A stretch of 63,189 nt of DNA, filler included, from Reclinomonas americana ATCC 50394 (taxonomy: Eukaryota): assembly GCA_048213135.1 (NCBI GenBank). It is 13 parts of 13 records of this genome, joined end to end, with 100 filler letters (N's around TTAATTAATTAA, not from the genome) between each part and the next. Parts side by side here need not be neighbours in the genome. Positions count along the whole stretch, not along the records: positions 48,661 to 52,609 come from AFZH01023736.1; positions 52,710 to 55,263 come from AFZH01023739.1; positions 55,364 to 63,189 come from AFZH01023740.1; 10 more parts are not named here. One strand, given 5' to 3'. The position numbers were made by a program, and so were the translations under genes. The notes under the pieces were generated by a model. That model saw nothing but the letters and a program-made list of their open reading frames with translations, was not told the origin of the DNA and ran no database searches. Below, piece by piece: positions 50,957 through 63,189 of this stretch. The stretch's first letter is position 1; every line of letters begins with the position of its first letter.

Positions 50957-51550
50957 TGAGAGGAAGGGTGAAGAGGGACATGAAACAAGAGAAAGACAGA
51001 GAGTGAGAAACACAGGGAGAGAGAGAGACAATTCATGCAAGGAGAGAAATGCACCGAAGAAATAACGAGAACATGCAAACGAGAAGGACGTCAATTGTAG
51101 AGTCGGTAAACGTCTTGTGGCGAACAGGATAGAAGGGCAAGCGTAAACAGATGCAACGGGGGTAAAGAGAGTGAGCAAAAGGAGCAGCGAAAAAGCAGAA
51201 AACGAGAGAAAGGAAGACACTGAGAAATGCAGAGCCGAGCGGAAGCAAGAGGAAGATAACGGAGAAGCAACAAATATTGAGAGAGCATGAGAGAGAACAT
51301 CGGCGCAGGAAGAGGAAGAGCAATGATATAAGGACAGCACTTACCAGTGGCCACCAGCGCACTCAATTCTGCGTCAAACGTGCCCTCTTCCCTGCTCTCA
51401 TCCCCGCGACTCAGTCCACTCTCCTCGTCGCCAACTTCCCCAACAGCTGCACCGCTCCCTTCTTGCTCCTCATCATCAACTGCATCATCATCGTCGTCGT
51501 CGTCTTCGTCGCTGGGACTGGTCAGTGATGAGGAGCCGCTGTCTGCAGGT
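47462..51550 (-). CDS. Large acidic/helical coiled-coil protein of unknown function, multi-exon, spanning the 48561 linker; 5' end not seen
   Basis: Exons at ~51342-51545, ~50300-50635, ~50090-50270, ~49080-49360, ~48945-49040, ~48165-48475 and ~47462-47925 encode acidic tracts and heptad-rich helices. Confidence 0.6.
50695..50885. repeat. Intronic ~27-bp tandem repeat (gggaggacaagggaaaggtctggagaa)
   Basis: About 4-6 degenerate copies are visible. Confidence 0.8.
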
Positions 51551-52524
51551 GAGAGTTCCGCCTGCGCACGAGAGGGTGAATGAGGCAAAGGGAAAGAGAC
51601 AGGAAAGGGTTATAGGAAAACGGAGAGCGTGAGGAGGACAAGGAAGAGGATAAGGAGGGATCAGGAAACAGAATCGAAAAGGAAGAAGATAGGGTGCAAA
51701 ACGAGTTGGGGAGGGAGAGAGAGAGAAGAGGAGGAAGAGGAGGAGGAGGAGGAGGAGGAGGAGGAGGAGGAGGAGGAGGAGGAGGAGGAAACGGAGGCAG
51801 CTGCGGTATGTAAGGACAAGAATGGTCACAAAACGATGGAAGGAAAGATGCAATGACGCGGCAGAGGCAGACATACAGTGAGGAAGACAAAAGAGGAGAG
51901 AGCCCGAGGATGCGAAAGCACATAGGAAAACAGAGGAAGAAGACAAACGCTGAGAACGATGAGCAGCACGAACAATGGGCAGTGAGGAGGACTGAAGAGT
52001 AAGAAGCAACGAAGAGTAGATAGACAAAGAGAACGAGGTGCAGAGAGCCTGAGGAGGAGAAGCAAAGAACAGAGGGAGAAGGACAGTGAGGAACCTGAGG
52101 CAACTGCTGAAGGAGACCTTGAGAATGAGAAGCAAAGAGGAGGATGAGAAACGCAGGAAAACACAAAAGAATATGAGTTATTGGCATAAGCGATGAAGAA
52201 GAAGAGACGATGAGATGGCGAAGAGAATACCATGTAAAGTGCTTGAAAACGCGAATGCAAGCGATGGAGTGAGAGAGAGAAAGAGGAGAATGCTGTGTAG
52301 AGATTGAAATATGAGGAACAAAGACGATGAGAATCGCAGGAAAACATGAGAGTCCACACAGAGAACATGAGATGGAGGATAATAAAAGGTCATAAAAACC
52401 GATGGAAAACACGAGCAAAAGGGCAGGAGAATGGCACAAGAATGCGAGATGAATGCAAGGAAGGGATGGAGTGAGTGAGTGAGTGAGTGAGTGAGTGAGT
52501 GAGTGAGTGAGTGAGTGAGTGAGT

Positions 52525-52599
<75 letters not shown>

Positions 52600-52769
52600 G
52601 ACGACACACNNNNNNNNNNNNNNNNNNNNNNNNNNNNNNNNNNNNNNNNNNNNTTAATTAATTAANNNNNNNNNNNNNNNNNNNNNNNNNNNNNNNNNNN
52701 NNNNNNNNNGAGAGAGAGAGAGAGAGAGCAGAGAGAGAGAGAGAGAGCGAGCAGAAGGCGAGCTGAACA

Positions 52770-53330
52770 CAAACGCACACCAACACAGCCTTCGAGACAC
52801 AAGGCACACACAAGCAAGCCTTTCTCTTTCTCTTCCACAAACAAAGAGAGGGCAAAGAACAAATCCAAGAGACTCAAAAGCCGCAAACAAGGGACAACGA
52901 GAAGAGTTCATCTACCGGTCTCACAAGCACAGCAAACAACACACAAAACAACCATCACAAGGCAACCACAACAAAGTCTCCCACTCTCTCTTCCACAATA
53001 GAGAGAGACAGGCGGAAAACAACGAGTATCAGCAAGCACCGACACTCCTTCCCCTTCCTCTTTCACGAACAAAGAGAGCGCAACCAGATAACAAGCAACA
53101 AGTATCGGCGAGGAACAAGCTCCACGAAAGGCACACACACCAAGCCATCCTCTTTCTCGTCCACAACAATGAGAGCAAGAACAAATCCAAGAGAAACGAG
53201 CGCCGCAAACAAGGGACAACAACAAGCCCTCCTCTTTCTCTTTCACAAGCAGAGTACACAACAAGTATCGGAGAGGAACAAGCTCCACACCTTTGACAAG
53301 CCTTTCTCTCTCTCTCTCTCGCACAAGCAC
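52770..53330. repeat. Degenerate intronic repeats downstream of PRL exon 1
   Basis: aacaaatccaagaga, gccgcaaacaagggacaac and acaagtatcgg.gaggaacaagctccac each recur. Confidence 0.7.
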
Positions 53331-53460
53331 AGCAAGCAGAGAACACGTTCCACACCAACCAAGCTTTCATCCTCCCCCTTTTTCCTCTCATCCTTTCCCC
53401 TGTATCCTCTCATCCCTTCCCCTCCCTTCCCCTTCCCCCTTCTCCCTCTTGTCACGCAAC

Positions 53461-53655
53461 ATGCACATCAATGTGCTTGGTCTCCAACGACCGCACCGAG
53501 TACGAGCTATTGCAGACGCGCACCACATGCTTCACGCCATTCTTCTCAAACTCCCGAATGTACAGCGGCAAGTTCTGATCCGTCGGCGCATCCAAAATCA
53601 GATACTTGTACCCCGCGTGCGTAATCAGCGTCGGCTTGTTGGGCATGACCGCCAT
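53461..53655 (-). CDS. PTP4A: PRL/PTP4A protein tyrosine phosphatase, first coding exon only
   Basis: KPTLITHAGYKYLILDAPTDQNLPLYIREFEKNGVKHVVRVC..Y matches the PRL N-terminus. The catalytic CX5R exon is not in the visible sequence. Confidence 0.8.
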
Positions 53656-54858
53656 CTCCGCCTCTTCTCCAAAATATCACCAGCAGAAAAAAACAAAAAG
53701 TCGCGATCCCTCTTGTGTGTGTGTGTCTCCCAATCAAAAGAAGATCCCAAGCTGTTGTTGTTGTTGCTCAAGTTGTTTGTTTGTTTGTGGTGGCAGAGAT
53801 CGCGCGCACACACACAAATCAAACGGTTGCTGAAAAGTAAGTGTTGTTGTTGTTGTTTGCTGTTGTTGTTGTTGTTGTTCTTGATTACATTAACCTGCGC
53901 GCACACACGCACACAATGAAAGAGAGAGAGGGCGCGCGCGTGTGTGTGTTGGTATGTGAGCTAAAAATGTCCACTTTGGTGACGTGAGACACACACACTT
54001 TCTTGTCTGTGGACTCACAGGGAAAGGCTGCGTGTGGTGAGCGGATGGCGGAGGAATGCTCTTCCAGCGACCGCCAGTTTCGTTGACTTTCTCTGCGCTT
54101 GCGCGACAACGACGAATTGACTTGGAGGGACACTTGCGTCCCGCGTCTATTCGCACCTGCGTGAGTGAGACAAGGAAGCTCTGGTGGAGAGTGATGAGGC
54201 GTGTAGTGATGGAAGCGTGCGTGGGGAAGGCGAATTCATGCGACGTCGCGGATATTGTTCGTCGACGTCACGCAAATCACCACAATCGCGGTGCATAGGA
54301 TGCGTACTGAGCCCACAAGTTGTGCGCCTAACTCGCCTGCATAGGGCCCGTCACTCGTAGGCGATGTAGCTCGCAGTTATCGACTCAAACAACAAAACAC
54401 TTCGAGTTCATTCACCACATGTCCACGAACCCCCTGCCAACAAAGACCTTGGCACACCAAATATAAAGACACATAAGTACTCTTCTCCAACAGTTATCGT
54501 CCCTTTCAGGAGGCAAAACCAAACGCGCGCTGGCCTCAAAAAATCGAAAAAGCTCGAAGCAGTGCATTCACCAACAAACAAGCAACAGCTTTCTTGATGA
54601 CCAAGTCTAAAACATCAATACAGCCACCAGTCCGGAGCGCAGAAGCGGGTTTTCCTGGTGTGCGATCGCTCTCGGAGCTTCGAACACGTCGAGAACCGAT
54701 CTTCACCACATGAAAACGTTAAAACGCGCAGGAAAAATCAAAAAGCCTGCAAGACTGGTGTGTGCGCTGATGTACTGCATGTGGTTGCACTTGGCCATCG
54801 TTGCTCGTTTATTGGTGAATGCATTGATTACGCGGCAGGACAACGCGCGGGAAAACAA

Positions 54859-56287
54859 ATGCTGCTCATACCAATGAGCAGGCGATGTTTCGCCTCTGCC
54901 GCCGCCGTCTCCTCCATGTCAACCATGACTGCCATGCAGCAGAGAGTGCGATCAGCATTCGTTGCGTTCAACTTTTGCTTCATAAATGTTGGCGGGAAAA
55001 CATGATCACTCAATGTGTGTCTGTGTCTCGTTTTCAAAAGGATCGTGCTTCTCGTGTTGGGTCGACATCGACTGTGGGTGATGATGGTGCGTCGGCGTCG
55101 GCGCAGGAGCGAAGTGCGTTGTTGAGGCCGCCGAGTGATTTCGCGCCACTGGTGCGACGGCATCCGGAGACAGGGCGACTGATTGAGGAGTATTTGGTGA
55201 GTGGGGATGAGAGGGAAGGGTGGGAGGAGGGGGTGAGAAGGAAGGGAGATGGATGGGAAGGGANNNNNNNNNNNNNNNNNNNNNNNNNNNNNNNNNNNNN
55301 NNNNNNNTTAATTAATTAANNNNNNNNNNNNNNNNNNNNNNNNNNNNNNNNNNNNNNNNNNNNAGAGAGAGAGAGAGATCGCAGAGGGCTTGGCTCTCGT
55401 GTCAACTGTCACTGAAGTGGAGGGAGGACTGTGCTTGTGAGGGCTGGATTGTGTTCGAACTGCTGGAGAACACGAGCTGAGGATGACAGAGGAAGTGAAG
55501 TGAGAGGCTTGTTGTTCATTGCTCCGTGCACAGGGTGTGCTGGCCGACAACATGGAGTTTGTTGTGAGTCGGCCGCTGGAGCAGGTGGCGGATCCGCAGC
55601 AGGTGCGTCTCTGCCTCCCTCTTGCCCTTTCTCATCTCCCATCTCGACCCACGTTTCCACAATCCAGATCCACGTCAACCACGAGCTCAACTTGACGCGC
55701 ATCAAGGTGCATGTGCTTGACTCTGCCACCTCCTTCGTCCTCATGCTCACCGCACGCCACTTTGCAGGCCGTCGGTTTCGATTATGACTTTGTTGCGTCA
55801 CCTCAGCGCCCGCCTCTCCTCCTTCATCGCTGCACTCACTCCTCCTCCTTCGCAGACACTGGCGCAATACTCTGACGAGCTGCACCCACTCATCTACACG
55901 CTGGCACGCGACCGACTCATTAATCATTTCGGGTTCGTCGCTCTTTCTCCTCGTTCAGCTTTGCTTCTTTGTCCCTCACTCACTGTTCACCATCTCTCCT
56001 CCTCTTTCCTTCTCCCCGCCAGCTATCCCGCCGAGCTCCGCGAGCGCCAGTACGATCCCAGTTTCGCCATTCGCGGTCTCCACTTTGACATGATCAAGGG
56101 TGTGCTGTTGAAAATGGACCTGCTGCAAAATGTCGATCGGCACTCGGTGCACTTTGGGAGGCAGCAGCTGACGGAGGCCCAGTTGAGCGAGTTGTATGTG
56201 GATCTGCATGTTACGTCAACAATGGGAGAGAGAGACAGAGAGAGGATGACAGGAAGCAGGGTTCCGGGGAGAAGTGAAACAGAGAGG

Positions 56288-56326
<39 letters not shown>

Positions 56327-58953
56327 CAGAGAAACAAAAAGTGTGAGAGTGAGAGAAAGAGGCTGTGGTAGAGACGCGAGAGACGGAAATCATCTCTCAT
56401 TGGCAGGAGACAAAAAGTGTGAGAGTGAGAGAAAGAGGCTGTGATAGAGACGCGAGAGACGGAGATCATCTGTCATCGGCCGGCGACGGAAGATGAGAAT
56501 GAGAGGAAGAGGCTGTGGTAGAGACACGAGAGACGGAGAGACGTTGGATCTCTGCTCTCATCATCGGTCATCGACAGGAGACAAAAAGTAGAGAAAGAGG
56601 CTGTGGTAGAGACGCGAGAGACGTTGGTTCCCTGTGCTCATCATCATCTCGCGTTGGCAGATCTCGCGCGACTACAGCGACGCCAACACGCGTCAGCTGA
56701 CGGACCTGTTTAGCATGTCGGAGGGGTGCTTGATTGCCGATGTGATGGATATGTTGGTGCAGGTGCGGAATACGAGCAAGGGAGGGGAGAGGGATTGTCG
56801 TTGCTGACGCTGGGCGGGTGCAGAAACGGTCGCCGTTTGAGGCTTCGTATGTTGCGGAGGATGTGCGTCAGGCAATTAATGATGTGCACATGTGAGTGGT
56901 GGGGATGGCAGCAGGAGGATAACGATTGAGTGCTGATCTGTGCTTGCGTAGCAACGGCCAAATCCACAATGCCATCGCCGAAGACTTTCCGCGGTACTTG
57001 CGACGCTCTGAACGCCTGGCAGTTTTGTTTTCGACTCTACAGGCGGCTGGCAAGAAGGTCTGTGCACGATTCGCCAAGTTCGAAAAAGAGAGAATGGAAG
57101 AGACAGAAAAGAAAGCAAGAATGTGTCGGGCAGGCTGAATTAAAACAAAGCGAGAGAGGGCTAAGAATTCAACCCCTGCCCTTTCCCCCTTTCCCCCTTT
57201 CCCCCTTTCCCCCTTTCCCCCTTTCCCCCTTTCCCCCGTTCTGCTTTCCACCCTTTCCATCCATTCCACCCCTTCCCCTTTCCACCCTTTCCACTTCCCC
57301 CGTACTGCCCCACATCGCCAACGTGATCAATCCCTCTGTGCAGGTGTTTTTGCTCTCCAACTCACCGTTCGGGTTCCTGGATCGAGGCATGCGGTACATT
57401 GTGGGTCCGCAGTGGCGGTGAGTGCTTGCGATTGAAGGATTATGAAGGCGAGGAGCGCTCACCCTCTGTCGTCGCGCAGCAATTACTTTGACATTGTCAT
57501 GGTATCGCATGATCTCCACAGAGAATGTCCTCATCGCTTCGTCTCACCACCCGTTCGTGCAGGTGAACGCCGGCAAGCCCAACTGGTACACGTGCAAGCG
57601 ACCGTTCCGCGCGCTCGGACGCACCACCGGCAAGATCAAGTGGACGCGCATTCGCAACTTTGAAAAGGGGCGCGTGTATGTACACGGGTGTTTGTCGGTG
57701 CGTGCGTCTGTTATCATCAACAGGGAGATGATGCACTGTCGTAACGGTTGGTGGCGCAGGAGTTTGCGAGGCTGACTGGACTGCTGTCGCGCGAGGTGAG
57801 CCTGAGCTGAGAGAAGCAGGGGGAGAGTCTGGCAGGCTCGCTGACTTGACGCACAGGTGTTGTATTGCGGCGACAATGTGTTCCACGATTCGGTGTCGCC
57901 GCAGCGAGCGGGAGGGTGGCGGACGTGCGTGGTGGTGTCGGAGGTGAGAAGAGGAAAGGGGAAGGGGGAGAAAGGGGGAGGGGGGGGCAGCAGATGAATG
58001 CATTGAGCAAGGGGCTGTGATGTCGTTGCAGCAGAAGATAAATTGCGAAAGGAGGAGTGAGTGATGAATGCAGACTTGTTGAGGGTGTGAGCTTGGGAAA
58101 GAGAGAATAGGAAGAGAAGCGCCTGGATGATACTCTTGAGCTGACTCGCCTCCTTCTTGCAGCTCGAGGCCGACATTTGCAAGCAGAACAGTTGCGTCAC
58201 TCCCCAGTATGGACGCCCCATTCCTCTTGCAACTCACTCCTCCCTCTTCTCATTGCAGCGGTCGAGTACCGCATGCTGATGGCCAATGTTCTCATCCTCG
58301 AGAACTTCATGCAGCGCGTGCAAAACGAGTTGCGCACCAAGCCTGCGGTGGTACGCTCGGCGATGACGGATATGCGCGAGGAGCGCACGAGGTTAAACTT
58401 GGGTGAGTGGGACAGGGAGAGGAGGAGGGGACGAACAGGGAGGCTAGAGAGTGTGCAGTGATTCAAGTAATTGCAGTGGAAGGAAGCTTCTAACACATTG
58501 CGACCGGTACCAGCCATCAAGTCCATTTTCAACAGCCATTTCGGCTCGGTGTTCCGCACACATAATATGGGCACCTTGTTCGCGTACAATATCCAGCGCT
58601 ACGGTGAGCATGTTGCAACTTCCAAACGCATCCACTCCCGTCCTCACGTTGACGCAGCTGACTTGTACACTGCCCGTGTGGAAAATCTCCTCAACTATCC
58701 CATGTCGACCATCTTCCTCCCGGAGCACAGGTCTCTCTCTCCCTTTCCCCATCTCTCTTGCCGAGTATTCTCACTCCCCTCTCGCCTCGACAGATGGCTG
58801 CCGCACGACGTCAAGCCACGCAACATTGGCCTGGAGAACCTCAGCGGCAAGTACCTGCAGACTGTGGATGGCGGCGAGGACATGCCGCAGCCGATTCGGT
58901 CGTTCAGTGGACCTCTGGATGATGATGAGTATTCGCGACATGGAGATGAATGA
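54859..58953 (+). CDS. HAD-superfamily 5'-nucleotidase domain protein (NT5DC2/3-like); the 5' exons before the 55264 linker are attached by inference
   Basis: GFDYDFTLAQY (HAD motif I), YDPSFAIRGLHFD, DLFSMSEGCL, VFLLSNSPFGF, VNAGKPNW..RPFR, VLYCGDNVFHD, FNSHFGSVFRT, RYADLYT and WLPHD. Confidence 0.9.
56330..56640. repeat. Intronic ~75-85-bp degenerate tandem repeat in NT5DC (4 copies)
   Basis: aagaggctgtg(g/a)tagagac(g/a)cgagagacg recurs four times. Confidence 0.85.
57179..57237. repeat. (TTTCCCCC)n intronic repeat, ~7 copies
   Basis: Perfect 8-bp tandem array. Confidence 0.9.
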
Positions 58954-59479
58954 TCATGAGAAGTGTGGTGGGTGACCCAAAGGATGCATCGTTTCATTGA
59001 GTATCCTTGGTGGGTGGGTGGGTGGGTGGCGATGACCGGGGAGTCGCACACGGGGGCGTCTCGAACCCGGCCACCGTTCCGTCGCTCGGGTCGCCTTTCG
59101 GCGAAAAGAATCAGCAGGAGATTACGCAGTAAGGCTACATGCGAGTGTCTGAGTGGAGAAGGGGCGATGGCCGCTTGCCTTATGTCGGTGTGCAGTGGGA
59201 GGCGAGTTGTGGGATGCGTGGTGCGGTGAGTTGACGCGTCGAGGTGGGACGCTGACGGGGGGAGTTGACATGTCGAGCTGGAAATGCGACGTGTCGAAAT
59301 TGGCGTTGACGAGTGATCGGATTTAGGTCTGTTGTGGGAATGGAAGAAGGAAGGGCGGCGATGCAGGGGAAGAGGGGGGAGGAGAGAAGAGTTGCATGCA
59401 GCGGGTGAAAAGGGAAGAGGACATCGATGTGGACTGGGCGACATTGTTCAGCTGGAAACTGGACCGGATTGGTTGATTC

Positions 59480-62400
59480 CTCTCTCGCGACTCTTCCTTC
59501 TCCCGATCACCACCACACGCCGGGTGGTGCGGGGGCGAGCGGAAGCAGCAATGCGTCGGCCTCGGCAAGCGCAGAAAGTACACCGTGCATTATTATTATT
59601 ATTATTAGAGTGAGTTCGAACACTCGAGTGTGAAAGCATAACTGCAAGTCGAATTCCTGTCCGTAGAAACTGTGGCAGAAAGAAATAGTGTCACTGATTT
59701 TCCTATGCACCAGAGCTGCTGCAACTCAGATACGCATTGTGGTTGGGGTGCATCGCTGTTTTGAGTTGTCGGTGTTGAATCACGAGTAGAGAGTGGTACG
59801 TTCAAATTTGTGACGGTGCTGTTCAGTGGTGGACTGGTGGTGGCAGTGGAGGACACTACAATCGGTTGTCGAGACTGATAAGTGTGGAGCAAGCACACAT
59901 ACGGAACTCTCTCCAAACGTAATCAGGAGAGACGCTCAATAATTCACCGAAAACGCAACCACAGTGAATTCGAAGGCGCAAAAAGATAATTGCAAATCGA
60001 ATTTCTGCTCAAAGTAGCTGTCGCGGAAGGAAATAGTTTCATCTGTGCTTCTACGCACAAACGATCCTGCAGTTTATACCCTCGCAATATTTCACCTTGC
60101 TTGACAATTTGTGTAAATTCGACATGTACAAAGAAAGGATAATTGCAAATCGAATTCCTGTTCAAAGTAGCTGTCGCGGAAGGAAATAGTTTCATCTGTG
60201 CTTCTATGCACGAGTGTTTTTTGCAACTCACTCACTTTATAATTCATATGAAATTACCAATGCATGTCCAAGAATCCGTTGAAACGGCGAGTTATTCGAA
60301 TCTTTCACTCGGGCCGCGACGCGGAGACCAACGCACACACACAAACGCAGAGAGACACAAACACACATACCCCCACACTCTTCTCCACAGCAAATGTCCG
60401 CCTCTGACACCACCATTTCATCCTCGTCTTCCTCCAGAGTAAATGCATTTCGAATTTTCATCGTACCTGTGAGAGAAAGAGTTATCACCAATGGTGCTTC
60501 TATGCAAAAGCGTTCCTGCAACTCAGTTGCGCACAATGATTCACCTTGCTTGAAAAACTGAGTAAAAATCGACAGTGAAAAGATAATTGCAAATCGAATT
60601 TATGTTCAAAGTAGCTGTCGCGGAAGGAAATAGTATCACTTGTGCTTCTACGAACAGGCGTTTTCGCAACGCATGCACTTGCAGTAATATATTGCGCTTG
60701 AAAATTGGAGGTAATTCGAATTCAAAAAGGTGCAAGGATAATTGCATATCGAATTCCCGTTCAACGCAGCTGCCACAGAAAGACATAGTATCACTGGTGC
60801 TTCTATGCACGAGCGTTTTTGCAACTCACACACTTTATAATTCACATTGCCAATATCTGTCCAAGAATCCGTTGAAACGGTGAGCAATTCGAATCTTTCA
60901 CTCGGGCCGCGACGCGGAGACCAACGCACACACACAAGCAGAGACACACACCCCCACACTCTTCTCCAGAGCAAATGTCCGCCTCTGACACCACGTCGTC
61001 TTCCTCTCTTGCGACTCTTCCGCCTCCCGATCACCACCACACGCACGCGAGTGAGGGCGGTGCGGGGGCGAGCGGAAGCATCAATGCGTCGGCCTCGGCA
61101 AGCGCAGAAAGTACACTTATAATAAGAGTGAATTCGAACACTCGAGTGTGAAAGCATACATAACTGCAAGTCGAATTCCTGTCCGTAAAAACTGTGGCAG
61201 AAAGAGAAGGTGTCTCTGGTTTTCCTTTGCACAAGCGTTTCTGCAACTCAGATCCGCATTGTGGTTGGGGTGCATCGCTGTTTTGAGTTGTCGGTGTTAA
61301 CGTTGAATCGAGTAGAGAGTGCCACGTTCGACGGTGCTGTTCAGTGGTGGACTACTGGTGGCAGTAGAGGACACTACAATAGGTTGTCGAGACTGATAAG
61401 TGTGTGGAGCAAGCACAAATACGGAACTCTCTCCAAACGTAGTCAATAGAGACACTCAATAATTCACCGAAAACGTAAACACCTGTGGACATTTGTCGCA
61501 TTATTGGAATGTGGTGAATGAAGTGTTTTCTTACAGTGAATTCGAGAATTCGAAGGCGCAAAAAGATAATTGCAAATCGAACTTATGTTCAAAGTAGCTG
61601 TCGCAGAAGGAAATAGTAACACTTGTGCTTCTACGAACAGGCGTTTTCGCAACGCATGCACTTGCAGAAATGTATTGCGCTTGAAACATGGAATGATTCG
61701 AATTCAAAAAGGCGCAAAAAGATAATTGCAGATCGAATTCCTGTTCAAAGTAGCTGTCGCGGAAGGAGAAAGTTTACTGCTGCTTCTACTCACAAACGAT
61801 CCTGCAGCTTATACCCTCGCAATATTTCACCTTGCTTGAACTGTGGAAAGATCTAAATTCGACATGTACAAAGAAAGGATAATTGCAAATCGAATTCCTG
61901 TTCAAAGTAGCTGTCGCGGAAGGAAATAGTTTCACCTGTGCTTCTACGCACAAGCGTTTTTGCAACTCAAACACTTTATAATTCACATTGCCAATATCTG
62001 TCCAAGAATCCGTTGAAACGGCGAGTTATTCGAATCTTTCACTCGGGCCGCGACGCGGAGACCAACGCACACACACAAACGCAGAGAGACACAAACACAC
62101 ATACCCCTTCTCAGCAAATGTCCGCCTCTGACACCACATCGTCTTCCTCTCTTCCGCCTCCCGATCACCACCACACGCACGCGAGTGAGGGCGGTGCGGG
62201 GGCGAGCGGAAGCAGCAATGCGTCGGCCTCGGCAGGCGCAGAAATTACACTGTGCATTACTGTTATAATTCGCTAGTTACCGATTGGTATACTTAGGTTT
62301 CCAGAGTGAGAAACGACCAGGAACCACTTCAATGTCCTTTCAGTTGTCCTGTTCGTTTTCACTCTTCTTTTGCTCTTGGAGGAGGACACAAGCAAATGAA

Positions 62401-62995
62401 AGATGCCCCGTCTTATTGGTGACTGGTCGTTCACTAGTGGAAAGAATTCGAACACGAGTGTGAACACATAAGTGCAATTCCTGTCCGTAGAAACTGTGGC
62501 AGAAAGAGGAGGTATCGCTGGTGCTGCTGCGCACAAGCGTTTCTGCAACTTAGATACGCACAAGAATTCACCTTACGGGAAAACACAGTGCTGCAGTGAA
62601 TTCGAGAATTCGAAGGCGCAAAAAGATAATTGCAAATCGACTTCCTGTTCAAAGTAGATGTCGCGGAAGGAGATAGTTTACTGCTGCTTCTACGCTCAAG
62701 CGTTTTTGCAACTCGCACTCTCATGTAATTCACATTGCCAATATCTGTCCAAGAATCCGTTGAAACGGCGAGTTATTCGAATCTTTCACTCGGGCCGCGA
62801 CGCCAAGACCAACGCACTCTCTCGCACACACAAACGCAGAGAGACACAAACACACATACCCCTTCTCCAGAGCAAATGTCCGCCTCTGACACCACATCGT
62901 CTTCCTCTCTTCCGCCTCCCGATCACCACCACACACACGCGAGTGAGGGCGGTGCGGGAGCGAGCGGAAGCAGCAATGCGTCGGCCTCGGCGGCT
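59480..62995. repeat. Complex satellite: ~12 copies of a ~95-bp core at ~155-bp period plus three interspersed blocks in higher-order arrangement
   Basis: Core gataattgcaaatcgaattcctgttcaaagtagctgtcgcggaagg..tgcttctacgcacaagcgtttttgcaactca at ~59637, 59985, 60138, 60439, 60582, 60737, 61160, 61565, 61721, 61878, 62467 and 62625. Confidence 0.9.
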
Positions 62996-63116
62996 GCTGT
63001 TGTTGTGAAGCGGCATGGGAGGCTGAAGATGCTGAGGAAAGGGTGAGTGCGGGAGGAGGAGGAGAGGGAGAGAGGATAAGGCGAGGATAAGTGGTGGAGG
63101 AGAGGGGAGAGAGAGT

Positions 63117-63180
<64 letters not shown>

Positions 63181-63189
63181 GTAGTGTGT

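Noticed and set aside
59040..59075. tRNA-like GGTTCGA motif on the minus strand
   Set aside because: No complementary T-stem or cloverleaf. I found no convincing tRNA, rRNA or snRNA in the window.
59637..62715. CRISPR-like array in the terminal repeat region
   Set aside because: Repeats are ~95 bp and degenerate, the spacers recur rather than being unique, there are no cas genes, and the context is eukaryotic.
59507..62733. Repeated coding exon (DTISFCHSFYGQEFDLQL-like peptides)
   Set aside because: Monomer spacing is not a consistent multiple of 3, frames shift between copies, indels are frequent, and no consistent splice sites were found.

Overview
Eukaryotic, intron-rich genomic DNA, probably from a protist; the organism cannot be identified from sequence alone. 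It is about 13 contigs joined by artificial 100-nt N-TTAATTAATTAA-N linkers and uses the standard genetic code. Splicing exons by hand gives about 21 protein genes: an LRR protein, CSTF1, a UBE2Z-like E2, two IRAK/Pelle-type kinases arranged tail-to-tail (ankyrin-polyQ-coiled-coil-kinase and kinase-RING), an orphan type I membrane protein, LOG, OSCA/TMEM63, presenilin, DUF455, TM9SF, a multi-TM RGS protein, RPC11, a secreted EGF protein, a multidomain calpain, a ZIP transporter, a kelch protein, two coiled-coil genes, PRL/PTP4A and an NT5DC nucleotidase. The window ends in a mosaic satellite with a ~155-bp monomer. The most notable signals are: (1) a very common, apparently +1-shifted 5' splice-site class, GTTGCGT; (2) the immune-like non-RD Pelle kinase and kinase-RING pair; (3) a calpain with a receiver-like N-terminus and EFCAB7-like C-terminus; (4) a nearly loop-less presenilin; (5) very short intergenic spacers; (6) the higher-order satellite. 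All gene models are manual reconstructions without transcript data or database searches, and family calls rest on recalled motifs.
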